Shown: one piece after another, positions 25,244-34,758 of the stretch
How the letters are laid out: each line of letters starts with the position of its first letter
Position numbering within the stretch: the stretch's first letter is position 1
Assembly: GCA_049419605.1 (NCBI GenBank)
Contig: JBMSKF010000004.1
Coordinates: forward strand, 3,264-67,263
Length of the DNA stretch: 64,000 nucleotides
Direction of reading: 5' to 3'
DNA from: Bacilli bacterium
GTDB lineage: Bacteria > Bacillota_I > Bacilli_A > RFN20 > CAG-826
Translations under genes and position numbers: made by a program
The notes under the pieces: model-generated
The model's input: the letters and a program-made list of their open reading frames with translations, nothing else
Told to the model about the DNA's origin: nothing
The model's database searches: none

Positions 25244-25598
25244 TTTAGTGGTCGCGGATAACTCCGGCGCTAAATCGGTAAGAATTTTCCAATTATTTGG
25301 TGGTTCCTTCCGAAGTGTTTCGAGTATCGGTGACATTGTGATGTGCTCAGTTAAAGATGCAATCGTTGACGGTAAAGTGAAGAAAGGTGACATTGTTAAA
25401 GGTGTCATCGTTCGCACCAAAAAAGCAATTCACCGTCCAGATGGTACCTCAATTTCTTTTGATGATAATGCAATTGTATTGATCAATGATGATGGCACCC
25501 CAAAAGGTACTCGTGTCTTTGGTCCAGTTGCAAGAGAATTACGTGACTTAGGTGAAGGATTTATGAAAATTATTTCCTTAGCACCGGAAGTCTTATAA
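25224..25598 (+). CDS. rplN: 50S ribosomal protein L14
   Basis: 124 aa, [18 protein letters not shown]. Confidence 0.97.
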   Translation: MVQKETNLVVADNSGAKSVRIFQLFGGSFRSVSSIGDIVMCSVKDAIVDGKVKKGDIVKGVIVRTKKAIHRPDGTSISFDDNAIVLINDDGTPKGTRVFGPVARELRDLGEGFMKIISLAPEVL

Positions 25599-25609
25599 GG
25601 AGTGATGAT

Positions 25610-25924
25610 ATGGCAACCCAATTAAAAAAAGGTGACAAAGTCATCATTATCGCAGGAAACGACAAAGGTAAAACCGGTGCGATTCAAAAAATCGATCGCG
25701 TGAATCAACGAGTCGTGGTAGAAGGTGTTAATGTTCGTAAAAAACATCAAAAGCCAAAACAAAACAACCCAGAAGGTGCCATTCTTGATATCTATGCACC
25801 GATTCACTTATCAAATGTGGCGCTCATTGATCCAAAATCAAAAAAAGCAACGCGTTTCAAAGTGAGTGTGGTCAAAGATAAGAAAGTTCGTCTCGCGGTT
25901 AAATCCGGCGCGGCGATTGAATAA
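25610..25924 (+). CDS. rplX: 50S ribosomal protein L24
   Basis: 104 aa, KKGD.V.II.G.DKGK.G KOW motif. Confidence 0.95.
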   Translation: MATQLKKGDKVIIIAGNDKGKTGAIQKIDRVNQRVVVEGVNVRKKHQKPKQNNPEGAILDIYAPIHLSNVALIDPKSKKATRFKVSVVKDKKVRLAVKSGAAIE

Positions 25925-25937
25925 GGAGGGGAACATC

Positions 25938-26705
25938 ATGGCAGAAGCAAAGAAAAATAAAACCGCCACGGAAACCCCAGAAGCGGAACCAGTCAAAAAA
26001 GTTCGTAAACCAAAAGCAGCCACTGAAGCAACAAGCGAACAACCTGTTGCCCAACCTGCGGTTCAAACAGAAGCCCCAAAAGTTGCTGCAAAGCCTGAAG
26101 TAAAAAAAGAAGCAGCATCTAAAGAAGCTCCTGCGAAAACCAAGAGTCAACCTGCGGTTAAATTAACCTCTCGTTTACAAGTGAAGTACGTGAATGAAAT
26201 TCGTCCTGCACTTTTCAAATCACTCAAATTAGCCTCCGTGATGCAAGTTCCTAAAGTTGAAAAGATCGTCATCAACGTTGGGGTTGGTGATGCAACGGGT
26301 AATTCTAAATTATTAGAAGAATCTGTGAAAGAATTAACAGATATTACGGGTCAAAAACCAGTGATTACTAAATCCAAAAAATCCATTGCAACATTCAAGT
26401 TAAGAGAAAATCAAGCGATTGGTACTAAAGTCACCTTACGAGGTGTAAAGATGTATCAATTCCTCGATAAGCTCGTTTCTGTAGCCTTGCCTCGGGTTCG
26501 AGACTTCCGCGGTGTTTCCCGTAATAGTTTTGATGGTCGCGGCAATTATACCTTAGGGATTAAAGAACAATTGATCTTCCCTGAAATTAATTTTGATCGC
26601 GTCAATAAAATTCGTGGGATGGATATCGTGATTGTCACCACCGCCCAAAATGATGAGCAAGCCTATGCCTTATTACAAGCATTAGGCATGCCATTCAACC
26701 GATAA
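25938..26705 (+). CDS. rplE: 50S ribosomal protein L5 with an N-terminal K/A/E/P/T-rich extension of about 75 aa
   Basis: Start chosen at the ATG 7 nt after AGGAGGGG (the track ORF begins upstream at 25866, inside rplX). Canonical L5 begins near [12 protein letters not shown]...[16 protein letters not shown]. Confidence 0.92.
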   Translation: MAEAKKNKTATETPEAEPVKKVRKPKAATEATSEQPVAQPAVQTEAPKVAAKPEVKKEAASKEAPAKTKSQPAVKLTSRLQVKYVNEIRPALFKSLKLASVMQVPKVEKIVINVGVGDATGNSKLLEESVKELTDITGQKPVITKSKKSIATFKLRENQAIGTKVTLRGVKMYQFLDKLVSVALPRVRDFRGVSRNSFDGRGNYTLGIKEQLIFPEINFDRVNKIRGMDIVIVTTAQNDEQAYALLQALGMPFNR

Positions 26706-26713
26706 GGAGCATT

Positions 26714-26899
26714 ATGGCAAAAACTTCAACGAAATTACGACAATTAAGAAAACCAAAGTTTGCAGTGAGAGCGTACACCCGTTGCCAACGATGCGGTCGT
26801 CCACGCGCGGTCATCTCTAAGTTTAAAGTCTGCCGGATTTGTCTCCGGGAACTCGCCCATCGTGGTGAAATTCCAGGGATGAAAAAGGCTAGTTGGTAA
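26714..26899 (+). CDS. rpsN: 30S ribosomal protein S14, zinc-binding type Z (61 aa)
   Basis: CQRCGR...CRIC four-Cys zinc ribbon. Short form typical of Firmicutes. Confidence 0.95.
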   Translation: MAKTSTKLRQLRKPKFAVRAYTRCQRCGRPRAVISKFKVCRICLRELAHRGEIPGMKKASW

Positions 26900-26912
26900 G
26901 GAGGAAAAAGTT

Positions 26913-27311
26913 ATGTCATTTACCGATCCAATTGCCGACATGCTTACCAGAATTCGTAACGCGAACTTATTAAAACAAGAAGCGGTAACGATGCCAAGTA
27001 GCGGACTCAAAGTTCGCTTAGCAGCAATTTTAAAAGATGAAGGTTTTATCCATGGCTATGAAGTCATTGGGGATGCTAAAAAGCAAATCGTCATCTCTTT
27101 AAAATATGCGAATAACGGAACGCTTCGTGTGATTAATGGCATTCGCCGTATTTCAAAACCAGGTTTACGCGTCACGGCAACCGTTGATAAATTACCTAGA
27201 GTCATTCGTGGTTTGGGTGTGGCAATTATTTCCACCTCCCAAGGCATTATGACGGATGCAAAAGCAAGAGAAAAAGGCTTAGGCGGCGAAGTGCTAGCCT
27301 ATGTTTGGTAG
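26913..27311 (+). CDS. rpsH: 30S ribosomal protein S8
   Basis: 132 aa, [13 protein letters not shown]. Confidence 0.97.
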   Translation: MSFTDPIADMLTRIRNANLLKQEAVTMPSSGLKVRLAAILKDEGFIHGYEVIGDAKKQIVISLKYANNGTLRVINGIRRISKPGLRVTATVDKLPRVIRGLGVAIISTSQGIMTDAKAREKGLGGEVLAYVW

Positions 27312-27322
27312 GAGGATAACGT

Positions 27323-27892
27323 ATGTCACGTGTTGGTAATAAAACGATTAACCTTCCTGCTTCCGTTAAAATTTCAGTGAAAGATTTGACTGTCAACTTC
27401 GAAGGTCCAAAAGGTAAATTAACATTAACTTTACCCAAAGGTTTTTCGCTAAAACAAGAAGGATCTACGCTTCAACTCGTTCGTCCAAATGATACAGACG
27501 AAGTGAAAAAAATCCATGGCACCAATCGTGCATTGCTTGCCAATGCCGTTACCGGTGTCTCTGTTGGATTTAAAGAAGAACTTGACTTAGTAGGGATTGG
27601 TTTCCGCGCTGCCATGAAAGGTGCCAATTTAGAAATGTCGATTGGTTTCTCTCATCCAGTGGTAGTCACCCCATTACCTGGTGTCAAAGTCACCATTAAT
27701 GAAAACACCAAATTAACAATCGAAGGTGTCGATAAACAAGCGGTTGGAGAAACTGCTGCGACGATTCGTATGCAACGCCCACCTGAACCTTATCAAGGTA
27801 AAGGGATTCGTTATAGAGGCGAAAGAATTATCCGCAAAGAAGGTAAGCGTGCTGCTGCAGCTGCTGCTCCTGCTGGCGGCGCCAAGAAATAG
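27323..27892 (+). CDS. rplF: 50S ribosomal protein L6 (short Ala-rich C-terminal tail)
   Basis: 189 aa, SR.G...I..P..V. Ends in [15 protein letters not shown]. Confidence 0.95.
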   Translation: MSRVGNKTINLPASVKISVKDLTVNFEGPKGKLTLTLPKGFSLKQEGSTLQLVRPNDTDEVKKIHGTNRALLANAVTGVSVGFKEELDLVGIGFRAAMKGANLEMSIGFSHPVVVTPLPGVKVTINENTKLTIEGVDKQAVGETAATIRMQRPPEPYQGKGIRYRGERIIRKEGKRAAAAAAPAGGAKK

Positions 27893-27903
27893 GAGGATGG
27901 CAT

Positions 27904-28254
27904 ATGATCAATAAACCATCAAAAAATTCGCAACGACAATTACGTCATGCGCGAATTCGTAAAACTCTTTCTGGGACATCTGCACGTCCTCGCTTATCGG
28001 TGTATCGTTCTAACACTGGTATTTATGCCCAAATCATCGATGATACTAAAGGCGCAACGCTCGTTGCTTCATCTTCCAAAGTATTAAAGGTTGGTAAAAC
28101 CGTGGATGCTGCAAAACAAGTGGGTGCCGATGTTGCTAAAAAAGCTTTAGCAAAAGGCATTAAGGCTGTCGTTTTTGATCGCTCAGGTTACCTCTATCAT
28201 GGTCGCATTAAGGCTTTAGCCGATGCCGCTCGTGAAGCAGGCTTACAATTCTAA
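27904..28254 (+). CDS. rplR: 50S ribosomal protein L18
   Basis: 116 aa, RPRL.V.RSN..IYAQ.IDD, Y.YHGR..ALA.AARE.GL.F. Confidence 0.96.
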   Translation: MINKPSKNSQRQLRHARIRKTLSGTSARPRLSVYRSNTGIYAQIIDDTKGATLVASSSKVLKVGKTVDAAKQVGADVAKKALAKGIKAVVFDRSGYLYHGRIKALADAAREAGLQF

Positions 28255-28264
28255 GGAGAACCCA

Positions 28265-28897
28265 ATGGAAAAAACAGACATCAAAACCGAAGTAAAAGCA
28301 GCTGTTAAAGCTGACGTCAAACCTACTGCAACAACGAATGCTCCTCAAGGCAATCGTGCTGCAAACCCAAATGATCGTGGCGGTCCACGTCGCGACAATC
28401 GTGGTCCTCGTCGTCCACGTCGGGATAATGAACCCAAAGAATTTGAAGAAAGAACCGTTGCTATTAAACGGGTTACCAAAGTTGTTAAAGGTGGTAAACA
28501 CATGCGCTTTACTGCGCTTGTCGTCGTTGGTAATGGCAAAGGAAAATATGGCTTTGCTCATGGTAAAGCTGGTGAAGTCCCCGATGCAATTAAAAAAGCA
28601 TTAGACGCTGCTCGTAGAAATACCAGTGTCATTCAATTTGTCCGTGCTGGCACCATTACCCACGAAGTCCAAGGTCAATGGGGTGCTACCAATGTGTTCT
28701 TAAAACCTGCTCCAGACGGTACTGGTATCATTGCCGGTGGACCTGTTCGTGCAATTTTAGAATTAGCAGGCTGCAAAAACGTTTACTCTAAAGTCTACGG
28801 TTCACGCGCTGCAATCAATATCGTTCGTGCGACCCATGATGCTTTAAGTCAACTCAAATCAAAGAAAGAATATCTTGCTTTAAGAGGCAAGCTCTAG
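28265..28897 (+). CDS. rpsE: 30S ribosomal protein S5 with an N-terminal extension of about 45 aa (K/A/T-rich, then Arg/Gly/Pro/Asp-rich)
   Basis: Start at the ATG after AAGGAGAA (the track ORF 28223 overlaps rplR). Canonical core is RV.KVVKGGK...F.ALVVVGNG.G. Confidence 0.92.
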   Translation: MEKTDIKTEVKAAVKADVKPTATTNAPQGNRAANPNDRGGPRRDNRGPRRPRRDNEPKEFEERTVAIKRVTKVVKGGKHMRFTALVVVGNGKGKYGFAHGKAGEVPDAIKKALDAARRNTSVIQFVRAGTITHEVQGQWGATNVFLKPAPDGTGIIAGGPVRAILELAGCKNVYSKVYGSRAAINIVRATHDALSQLKSKKEYLALRGKL

Positions 28898-28910
28898 GAG
28901 GTTATCTGCC

Positions 28911-29354
28911 ATGGCTTTACATCAATTAAAAGCAAATCAAGGAGCTCGTAAACTTCGTACCCGTGTTGGTCGAGGTATTGGTTCTGGCTTAGGAAAAACT
29001 TCCGGTCGTGGGATTCTTGGTCAAGGTTCCCGTTCAGGTGGATCCGTTCGTCCTGGATTTGAAGGTGGTCAAAACCCAATTTATCGCCGTATTCCAAAAA
29101 GAGGTTTTAAGAACTTTACCACGCTTCGTTATGGGGTGGTCAATGTTGGTGATTTAAGCCAATTCAAAGATGGTAGTGAAGTCAATCCAACCATCTTGAT
29201 TGAACAAGGTTTAGTGAAAACCAAAGCCAGAGGTGTAAAAATTTTAGGCACTGGCAAGTTAGATAAAAAGTTAAAAGTTGTTGCACATCATTTTTCACAA
29301 TCTGCGATTAAAGCAATTACAGAAGCAGGCGGTACCACTGAGGTAATTAAATAA
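28911..29354 (+). CDS. rplO: 50S ribosomal protein L15
   Basis: 147 aa, GRG.GSG.GKT.GRG.KGQ. It follows rpsE after 13 nt, so there is no rpmD in between. Confidence 0.96.
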   Translation: MALHQLKANQGARKLRTRVGRGIGSGLGKTSGRGILGQGSRSGGSVRPGFEGGQNPIYRRIPKRGFKNFTTLRYGVVNVGDLSQFKDGSEVNPTILIEQGLVKTKARGVKILGTGKLDKKLKVVAHHFSQSAIKAITEAGGTTEVIK

Positions 29355-30712
29355 TGAAAAAAATTGCTGCCATCTTTACAAACAAAGAAATCGTTAACCG
29401 TATTTTCTTCGTGGTGATGATTTTATTCGTGTTTCGAATTGGTGCTGCAATTACGGTTCCTGGTGTCACGGTACAAGATGTTGATTTCCAAACCAATAAT
29501 GCGTTGTCTCTGTTAAATTTATTGGGTGGTGGTGCTTTGCAAAGCTTTTCCGTTTTTGCATTAGGTGTCTCTCCCTATATTACGAGCAGCATTATCGTCC
29601 AATTATTAGGGATGGATGTGTTACCGGCATTAACTGAATTAAGTAAACAAGGTCAATCTGGTCGAAAGAAAATGGAAATGACGACCCGTTATTTAACTTT
29701 ATTGTTAGGTGCAGTCCAAGCATACGGGATTGTCAGAACGATGGAAACATCCAGTTTTATTACTTTAAATGATACTTCCTTTTGGAGCTACGCTTATATT
29801 GTCACCGTCTTAATGGCCGGTGGGATGTTAGTCATGTGGTTAGGTGATCAAATCACCTCCAAAGGTATCGGTAACGGTATCTCGATGATTATCTTCGCCG
29901 GTATTGTTCGTAGTTTACCATTACAAATTGAAGGCGCTTATAACAATTGGGTTTTATTAACCTTAGGACTAGATGTCACCGTGTTATTGCGAGGGATTTT
30001 CCAATTCGCAATTTACGTGCTATCCTTTGTCCTCATTATTGCGTTCGTCACCTTCATTGAATCAAGTAAGCGAAAAATTCCTGTGCAAAACGCCGGTAAA
30101 TCTGGTTCTGCTCAATATGCAAAAGCAAGTTTCTTACCCATGAAGATTAACTCTGCAGGTGTTATCCCTGTCATCTTTGCCTCTTCGATTATGTTGGCAC
30201 CGAGTGTCATCGTTAGTTTTATCACTGGCGCCAATCCTAATGCAGAATGGTTAAAGATCTTTGATTCCTCAGCCACGGTCACAATGCCATGGTTTAATGA
30301 TCAAACCTTCCAATTCCCATGGGGTTTAATCATCTATATATTTTTAACGGTTGTCTTTACATTCTTTTATTCCAATTTACAAATCAATCCGCAACGGCTT
30401 GCAGAAAACTTCCAACAAAATGGTTCCTATATCCCAGGCATTCGCCCCGGTGTGGAAACTGAACGTTATGTTACCAAAGTTTTAAACCGCATCACCGTAT
30501 TGGGCGCAACTTCTTTAGCCTTTATTGCCGCCTTACCAATCGTCCTTGTTTTATTAAACATTGTTCCTGATCGATCCCTAGCCTTAGGTGGAACAGGGTT
30601 AATCATTGTCGTAGGTGTTGCCCTTGAAGTGAATAACCAAATTGATGGTTTACTTGCAGGTAAATCGTATGAAGAAGTGTTAGCATCAGGTGGAAGAAAT
30701 CAAAATGATTAA
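29354..30712 (+). CDS. secY: Preprotein translocase subunit SecY
   Basis: 452 aa, 10-TM protein, conserved LGGGAL...FALG..PYI..SI..QLL. Operon position. Confidence 0.97.
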   Translation: MKKIAAIFTNKEIVNRIFFVVMILFVFRIGAAITVPGVTVQDVDFQTNNALSLLNLLGGGALQSFSVFALGVSPYITSSIIVQLLGMDVLPALTELSKQGQSGRKKMEMTTRYLTLLLGAVQAYGIVRTMETSSFITLNDTSFWSYAYIVTVLMAGGMLVMWLGDQITSKGIGNGISMIIFAGIVRSLPLQIEGAYNNWVLLTLGLDVTVLLRGIFQFAIYVLSFVLIIAFVTFIESSKRKIPVQNAGKSGSAQYAKASFLPMKINSAGVIPVIFASSIMLAPSVIVSFITGANPNAEWLKIFDSSATVTMPWFNDQTFQFPWGLIIYIFLTVVFTFFYSNLQINPQRLAENFQQNGSYIPGIRPGVETERYVTKVLNRITVLGATSLAFIAALPIVLVLLNIVPDRSLALGGTGLIIVVGVALEVNNQIDGLLAGKSYEEVLASGGRNQND

Positions 30713-31358
30713 TACGATTTTATTAGGACCACCCGGTGCGGGTAAAGGATCGGTTGCAAAGCTCATCGCCGATCATTACAAGATTCCTCATATTTCCACA
30801 GGCGACATGTTTCGTGAAGCCATGGCGAAAGGGACTCCGGTAGGCAATCTTGCTGCAACGTATATCAACGCAGGAAAACTCGTACCCGATGATGTGACGA
30901 TCGCTTTAGTGAAAGAAAGAATTCAAGCGCCAGATTGCAAAGCAGGATTTATGTTCGATGGCTTTCCAAGAACATTGCCTCAAGCAGAAGCGTTACAAAC
31001 CTTATTAATCTCAATCAAACGTCCAATCAACACGGTGATGGAATTTGATTGTGATCGCCAAGAATTGATTCGTCGGATTACGGGTCGCCGTGTTTGCAAA
31101 GTGTGTGGCACGCCGTACCATGTTGATACGATGAAACCTAAAGTTGAAGGTGTCTGTGATCGCGATGGCGGTCCCCTCATTCAACGCAAGGACGACAATC
31201 TCGAAGCCTTAACCGTGCGTTTAAAGGCTTATGAGGAACAAACCTCTCCATTAATCGGCTTTTATAAAGCCAAAGGGTTATTAACCCCATTTGATGGCGC
31301 GAAGCAAACGAAGGATTTATTCCAAGACGTCAAGGCATTTCTTGACAGATTGCAATGA
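30705..31358 (+). CDS. adk: Adenylate kinase (zinc-lid type)
   Basis: Start at MINTILLGPPGAGKG (the track ORF begins 15 nt upstream). Lid is CKVCG...CDRDG (Cys3-Asp zinc site, as in Gram-positive Adk). Confidence 0.96.
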   Translation: MINTILLGPPGAGKGSVAKLIADHYKIPHISTGDMFREAMAKGTPVGNLAATYINAGKLVPDDVTIALVKERIQAPDCKAGFMFDGFPRTLPQAEALQTLLISIKRPINTVMEFDCDRQELIRRITGRRVCKVCGTPYHVDTMKPKVEGVCDRDGGPLIQRKDDNLEALTVRLKAYEEQTSPLIGFYKAKGLLTPFDGAKQTKDLFQDVKAFLDRLQ

Positions 31359-32113
31359 TCATCGTTAAATCTCCGCGAGAAGTCACCATGATGCGTGAAG
31401 CTGGACGCATGGTGGCAAAGACATTACGGCATCTAGAAAGCCTTGTCCGTGTTGGCGTGACAACCCAACAGCTTAATGACGAAGCCGAAAAGATGATTGC
31501 CAGTTTCGGAGCCAAAGCCTCTTTCAAAGGATATGGCGGCTATCCAGCGAGTATTTGTACCTCGGTCAACGATACACTCATTCACGGCATTCCTTCTTCA
31601 AAAGAAGTGCTAAAAAATGGTGATATCATCAAGATTGACATCGGGATTCAATACAATGGATACCATGCGGATGCAGCAAGAACGTATTGCGTTGGCAATG
31701 TAGACAACGCGATAAAAAAACTTGTTGAAGTCACCACCGCGAGTTTCTTTGAAGCGTTTAAGGTAATTCGTCCAGGTGTCTATGTTGGTGATCTCTCCCA
31801 CACGATTCAATCGTTTGTGGAAAAACACGGCTATAGTTTACCGGAAGATTACACTGGACATGGAGTCGGACAAAACCTCCATGAGGACCCGCAGATTCCT
31901 AACTTCGGGCGGTCACAAACAGGACCGATACTTAAAGCAGGAATGACGCTTGCCATTGAACCGATGGTGAACCTAGGTAAAAAAGAAACCAAGGTGCTCG
32001 CGGATGAATGGACCGTCAAGACGAAAGATGGCAAATGGTGCGCTCATTATGAAAACACCATCGTCGTCACGACAACGGGTGCTGAAATACTCACCCTAGA
32101 AGAAGGAGGATAG
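31355..32113 (+). CDS. map: Methionine aminopeptidase, type I
   Basis: 252 aa, conserved position after adk, pita-bread fold motifs (GD....D.G..Y.GYH.D..RT, GHG.G...HE.P). Confidence 0.95.
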   Translation: MIIVKSPREVTMMREAGRMVAKTLRHLESLVRVGVTTQQLNDEAEKMIASFGAKASFKGYGGYPASICTSVNDTLIHGIPSSKEVLKNGDIIKIDIGIQYNGYHADAARTYCVGNVDNAIKKLVEVTTASFFEAFKVIRPGVYVGDLSHTIQSFVEKHGYSLPEDYTGHGVGQNLHEDPQIPNFGRSQTGPILKAGMTLAIEPMVNLGKKETKVLADEWTVKTKDGKWCAHYENTIVVTTTGAEILTLEEGG

Positions 32114-32118
32114 ACAGT

Positions 32119-32337
32119 ATGAGTAAAGAAGATGTCATCTCCCTCGAGGCTACCGTCCTCGAAACCTTACCGAATACTTCGTTCAAGGTTAAATTAGAAA
32201 ACGGTTCAGTGATTCTGGCTCACGTTTCTGGTAAAATCCGTATGAACTACATTCGCATTTTACCAGGCGATAAAGTCACGGTTGAAATGTCCCCGTACGA
32301 CCTAACACGCGGCCGCATCACCTATCGTCACAAATAG
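32119..32337 (+). CDS. infA: Translation initiation factor IF-1
   Basis: 72 aa S1-like OB protein, [29 protein letters not shown]. Confidence 0.97.
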   Translation: MSKEDVISLEATVLETLPNTSFKVKLENGSVILAHVSGKIRMNYIRILPGDKVTVEMSPYDLTRGRITYRHK

Positions 32338-32352
32338 TGACAAGGAGAAATT

Positions 32353-32466
32353 ATGAAAGTAAGACCATCCGTTAAGCCGATTTGCGATAAATGTAAAGTC
32401 ATCAAGCGTCATGGACGCGTGATGGTGCTTTGTGAAAACCCAAAGCATAAACAACGCCAAGGATAA
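32353..32466 (+). CDS. rpmJ: 50S ribosomal protein L36 (zinc form)
   Basis: Not in the ORF track (37 aa). Manual translation gives [46 protein letters not shown]. Canonical position between infA and rpsM. Confidence 0.93.
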   Translation: MKVRPSVKPICDKCKVIKRHGRVMVLCENPKHKQRQG

Positions 32467-32475
32467 GGAGCACAT

Positions 32476-32853
32476 ATGGCACGTATTGTAGGTGTAGATA
32501 TTCCAAATGAAAAACGCGTCGTGATTTCACTGATGTACATTTTTGGTATCGGTAAACCACTCTCGCAAAAGATTTTGAAAGATGCAAAAGTTGATGAAAG
32601 TGTTCGTGTTAAAGATTTAACCGAAGATCAACTGGTTGCGATTCGTACCCAAGTCGCTAAGTATAAAGTTGAAGGTGATTTACGTCGTGAAATCTCTCTC
32701 AACATTAAACGTTTGCAAGAAATTGGTACCTATCGTGGTTCCCGTCACCGTAAAGGGATGCCGGTTCGTGGTCAACGGACCCGTACCAATGCCCGTACGC
32801 GCAAAGGACCAAGAAAGACCATTGCTAACAAGAAAGAAGCCGTACAAGGTTAA
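32476..32853 (+). CDS. rpsM: 30S ribosomal protein S13
   Basis: 125 aa, MARI.GVDIP..K. Confidence 0.97.
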   Translation: MARIVGVDIPNEKRVVISLMYIFGIGKPLSQKILKDAKVDESVRVKDLTEDQLVAIRTQVAKYKVEGDLRREISLNIKRLQEIGTYRGSRHRKGMPVRGQRTRTNARTRKGPRKTIANKKEAVQG

Positions 32854-32865
32854 AGGAGAACTGAC

Positions 32866-33309
32866 ATGGCCAACGAAAATAAAAAGCCAACAGGAGCAGC
32901 ACCAGCAGCCAGTGCAACTGGCGCGCCTGCTAAAGCCCCTAGAAAAAAGAAAGTTAAACGTGCATTTACCAAAGCAATTGCTCACATTCATGCAACTTTT
33001 AACAACACCATTGTGACGATCACGGATGAACAAGGCAATGCAATTGCCTGGAGCTCAGCTGGTGCATTAGGTTACAAAGGTGCCAGAAAAGCGACACCAT
33101 TCGCTGCTCAAGTTGCCGGTGAAGCTTGCGCAAAAGCCGCATTAGAACAAGGCATTAAACAAGTTGATGTCAATGTGAAGGGTCCAGGTCCTGGCCGTGA
33201 ATCTGCAGTGCGTTCACTCGCAGCTGCTGGTTTACAAATCACCATGCTTACGGATACCACACCAGTGCCACACAACGGTTGCCGTCCACCTAAGCGCCCA
33301 CGGGGCTAG
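32866..33309 (+). CDS. rpsK: 30S ribosomal protein S11 (N-terminus about 15 aa longer, Ala-rich)
   Basis: 147 aa, [18 protein letters not shown]. Confidence 0.96.
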   Translation: MANENKKPTGAAPAASATGAPAKAPRKKKVKRAFTKAIAHIHATFNNTIVTITDEQGNAIAWSSAGALGYKGARKATPFAAQVAGEACAKAALEQGIKQVDVNVKGPGPGRESAVRSLAAAGLQITMLTDTTPVPHNGCRPPKRPRG

Positions 33310-33339
33310 TCGACTTGATCATTGGAGGATCACAAACAT

Positions 33340-34308
33340 ATGGCAAATATTGCACGTCCATTCGAAAAACCACGCTTCACAAAAAAGTTATTTGATTCAA
33401 CCCATAACTATGGTCGATTTGTTTTAGAACCATTAGAACGAGGTTTTGGATTAACGTTAGGTAATGCATTACGTCGTGTCTTACTCGCATCATTACCAGG
33501 TGCTTCGGTTTACGCAATTGAAATTGAAGGCGCACGTCACGAATTCTCTTCGTTAGAAGGCGTTCTTGAAGATGTGACGACCATTGTCTTAAATTTAAAA
33601 AATTTAGTGTTAAAAATTGATGCCGAAGGCACTGATTCTAAAACCCTTGAATTAGATGTGAAGGGTGAAAAGACTGTCACTGCTGGGGATTTAATTCTCC
33701 CAGGTGGTGTTCAAGTCATGAATCCTGAACTCGTCATTGCCCATGTCACATCCAAAGGAACCTTAAAAGGGAAATTATATGTTCGCAATGGTCGCGGTTA
33801 TGTTACCTCAGAAGGTAACAAAGCCAATCGCTATAACACCCGTTTAGGTTTGATTGCCACGGATTCCAATTATTCTCCTGTCACCAAAGTGTCTTACACT
33901 GTGGATCCAACCCGTGTTGGTAACGATGCTCGTTATGACAAATTAACCTTAGAAATTTGGACCAATGGTTCATTAACTCCACAAGCGGCATTAACATTTG
34001 CAACGCAAATTTTAATGGCACACTTCCAAGGTTTCTTAGAATTAGAAGACACCACCACGGATGTCAATATTATGAAAGAACCAACCTTAGAACCAGAAGA
34101 CAAGTTCTCTAATATGACGATTGTGGATTTAGATTTATCGGTCCGTTCGTATAACTGCTTACGTCGCGCCGGTATTGAAACGGTTTATGAATTGACACAA
34201 AAGTCAGAAGAAGAAATGATGAAAGTACGCAACCTCGGTAAGAAATCCTTGAAGGAAGTTAAAGAAAAACTTCTTGCACATGGATTAAAGTTCCGGGATG
34301 CAGAATAA
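33340..34308 (+). CDS. rpoA: DNA-directed RNA polymerase subunit alpha
   Basis: Start at the ATG after GGAGGA (the track ORF begins at an upstream TTG, 33322). GNALRR.LLSS.PG in the N-terminal domain. C-terminal domain has LSVRS.NCL..A.I.T...L. Confidence 0.96.
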   Translation: MANIARPFEKPRFTKKLFDSTHNYGRFVLEPLERGFGLTLGNALRRVLLASLPGASVYAIEIEGARHEFSSLEGVLEDVTTIVLNLKNLVLKIDAEGTDSKTLELDVKGEKTVTAGDLILPGGVQVMNPELVIAHVTSKGTLKGKLYVRNGRGYVTSEGNKANRYNTRLGLIATDSNYSPVTKVSYTVDPTRVGNDARYDKLTLEIWTNGSLTPQAALTFATQILMAHFQGFLELEDTTTDVNIMKEPTLEPEDKFSNMTIVDLDLSVRSYNCLRRAGIETVYELTQKSEEEMMKVRNLGKKSLKEVKEKLLAHGLKFRDAE

Positions 34309-34318
34309 GGAGTAACCT

Positions 34319-34723
34319 ATGCCAACTCAAGGTAGAGATAATGTACATGGTAAAGGTGGGATGCGCTTTAAAGCCCCATTTACCAAAAGCAAATACGATA
34401 ACCAATTACGTAATTTAGTGTCCACGTTAATCACAGAAGAAAAAGTTGTGGTCACTGGGCAAATGGCACAAGGGTTAGTGTCCCTTGCTGACCGTTTAAT
34501 CACCTATGCGAAAAAAGGTGATTTACACAATCGTCGCTTAGCGGCAAGTGTGGTTCGTCAATATATCGCTGATGAAGCAAATGGCGTCCTCGCCCTCAAC
34601 AAGCTTTTTTCTGAATTAGGTCCTCGTTATGCCACTCGAAAAGGTGGTTATACTCGTAGACTAAAAATGGCCCCTCGCCTTGGTGATAACGCCAAACGCG
34701 TCTTGGTGGAATTCGTTAAATAA
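34319..34723 (+). CDS. rplQ: 50S ribosomal protein L17
   Basis: 134 aa. Last gene of the alpha operon, ending GGYTR..K...R.GD.A. Confidence 0.94.
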   Translation: MPTQGRDNVHGKGGMRFKAPFTKSKYDNQLRNLVSTLITEEKVVVTGQMAQGLVSLADRLITYAKKGDLHNRRLAASVVRQYIADEANGVLALNKLFSELGPRYATRKGGYTRRLKMAPRLGDNAKRVLVEFVK

Positions 34724-34730
34724 GATGGGG

Positions 34731-34757
34731 AACCTTGGGCAACCAAGGTTTTTTTCT
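34731..34757 (+). terminator. Rho-independent terminator of the ribosomal superoperon
   Basis: AACCTTGG-GCAA-CCAAGGTT followed by TTTTTTT. Confidence 0.8.
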
Positions 34758-34758
34758 C

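Noticed and set aside
25866-25937. Upstream extensions of track ORFs for rplE (25866), rpsE (28223), adk (30690), rpoA (33322), rpsL (58202), tuf (61368) and queT (16899)
   Set aside because: Each extension overlaps the preceding gene or leader. In each case an internal ATG with a well-spaced AGGAGG-type SD reproduces the canonical conserved N-terminus.
32636-33016. 126-aa plus-strand ORF spanning the rpsM-rpsK junction in another frame
   Set aside because: It overlaps two conserved ribosomal protein genes and has Val/Pro/Lys-rich nonsense composition and no SD.
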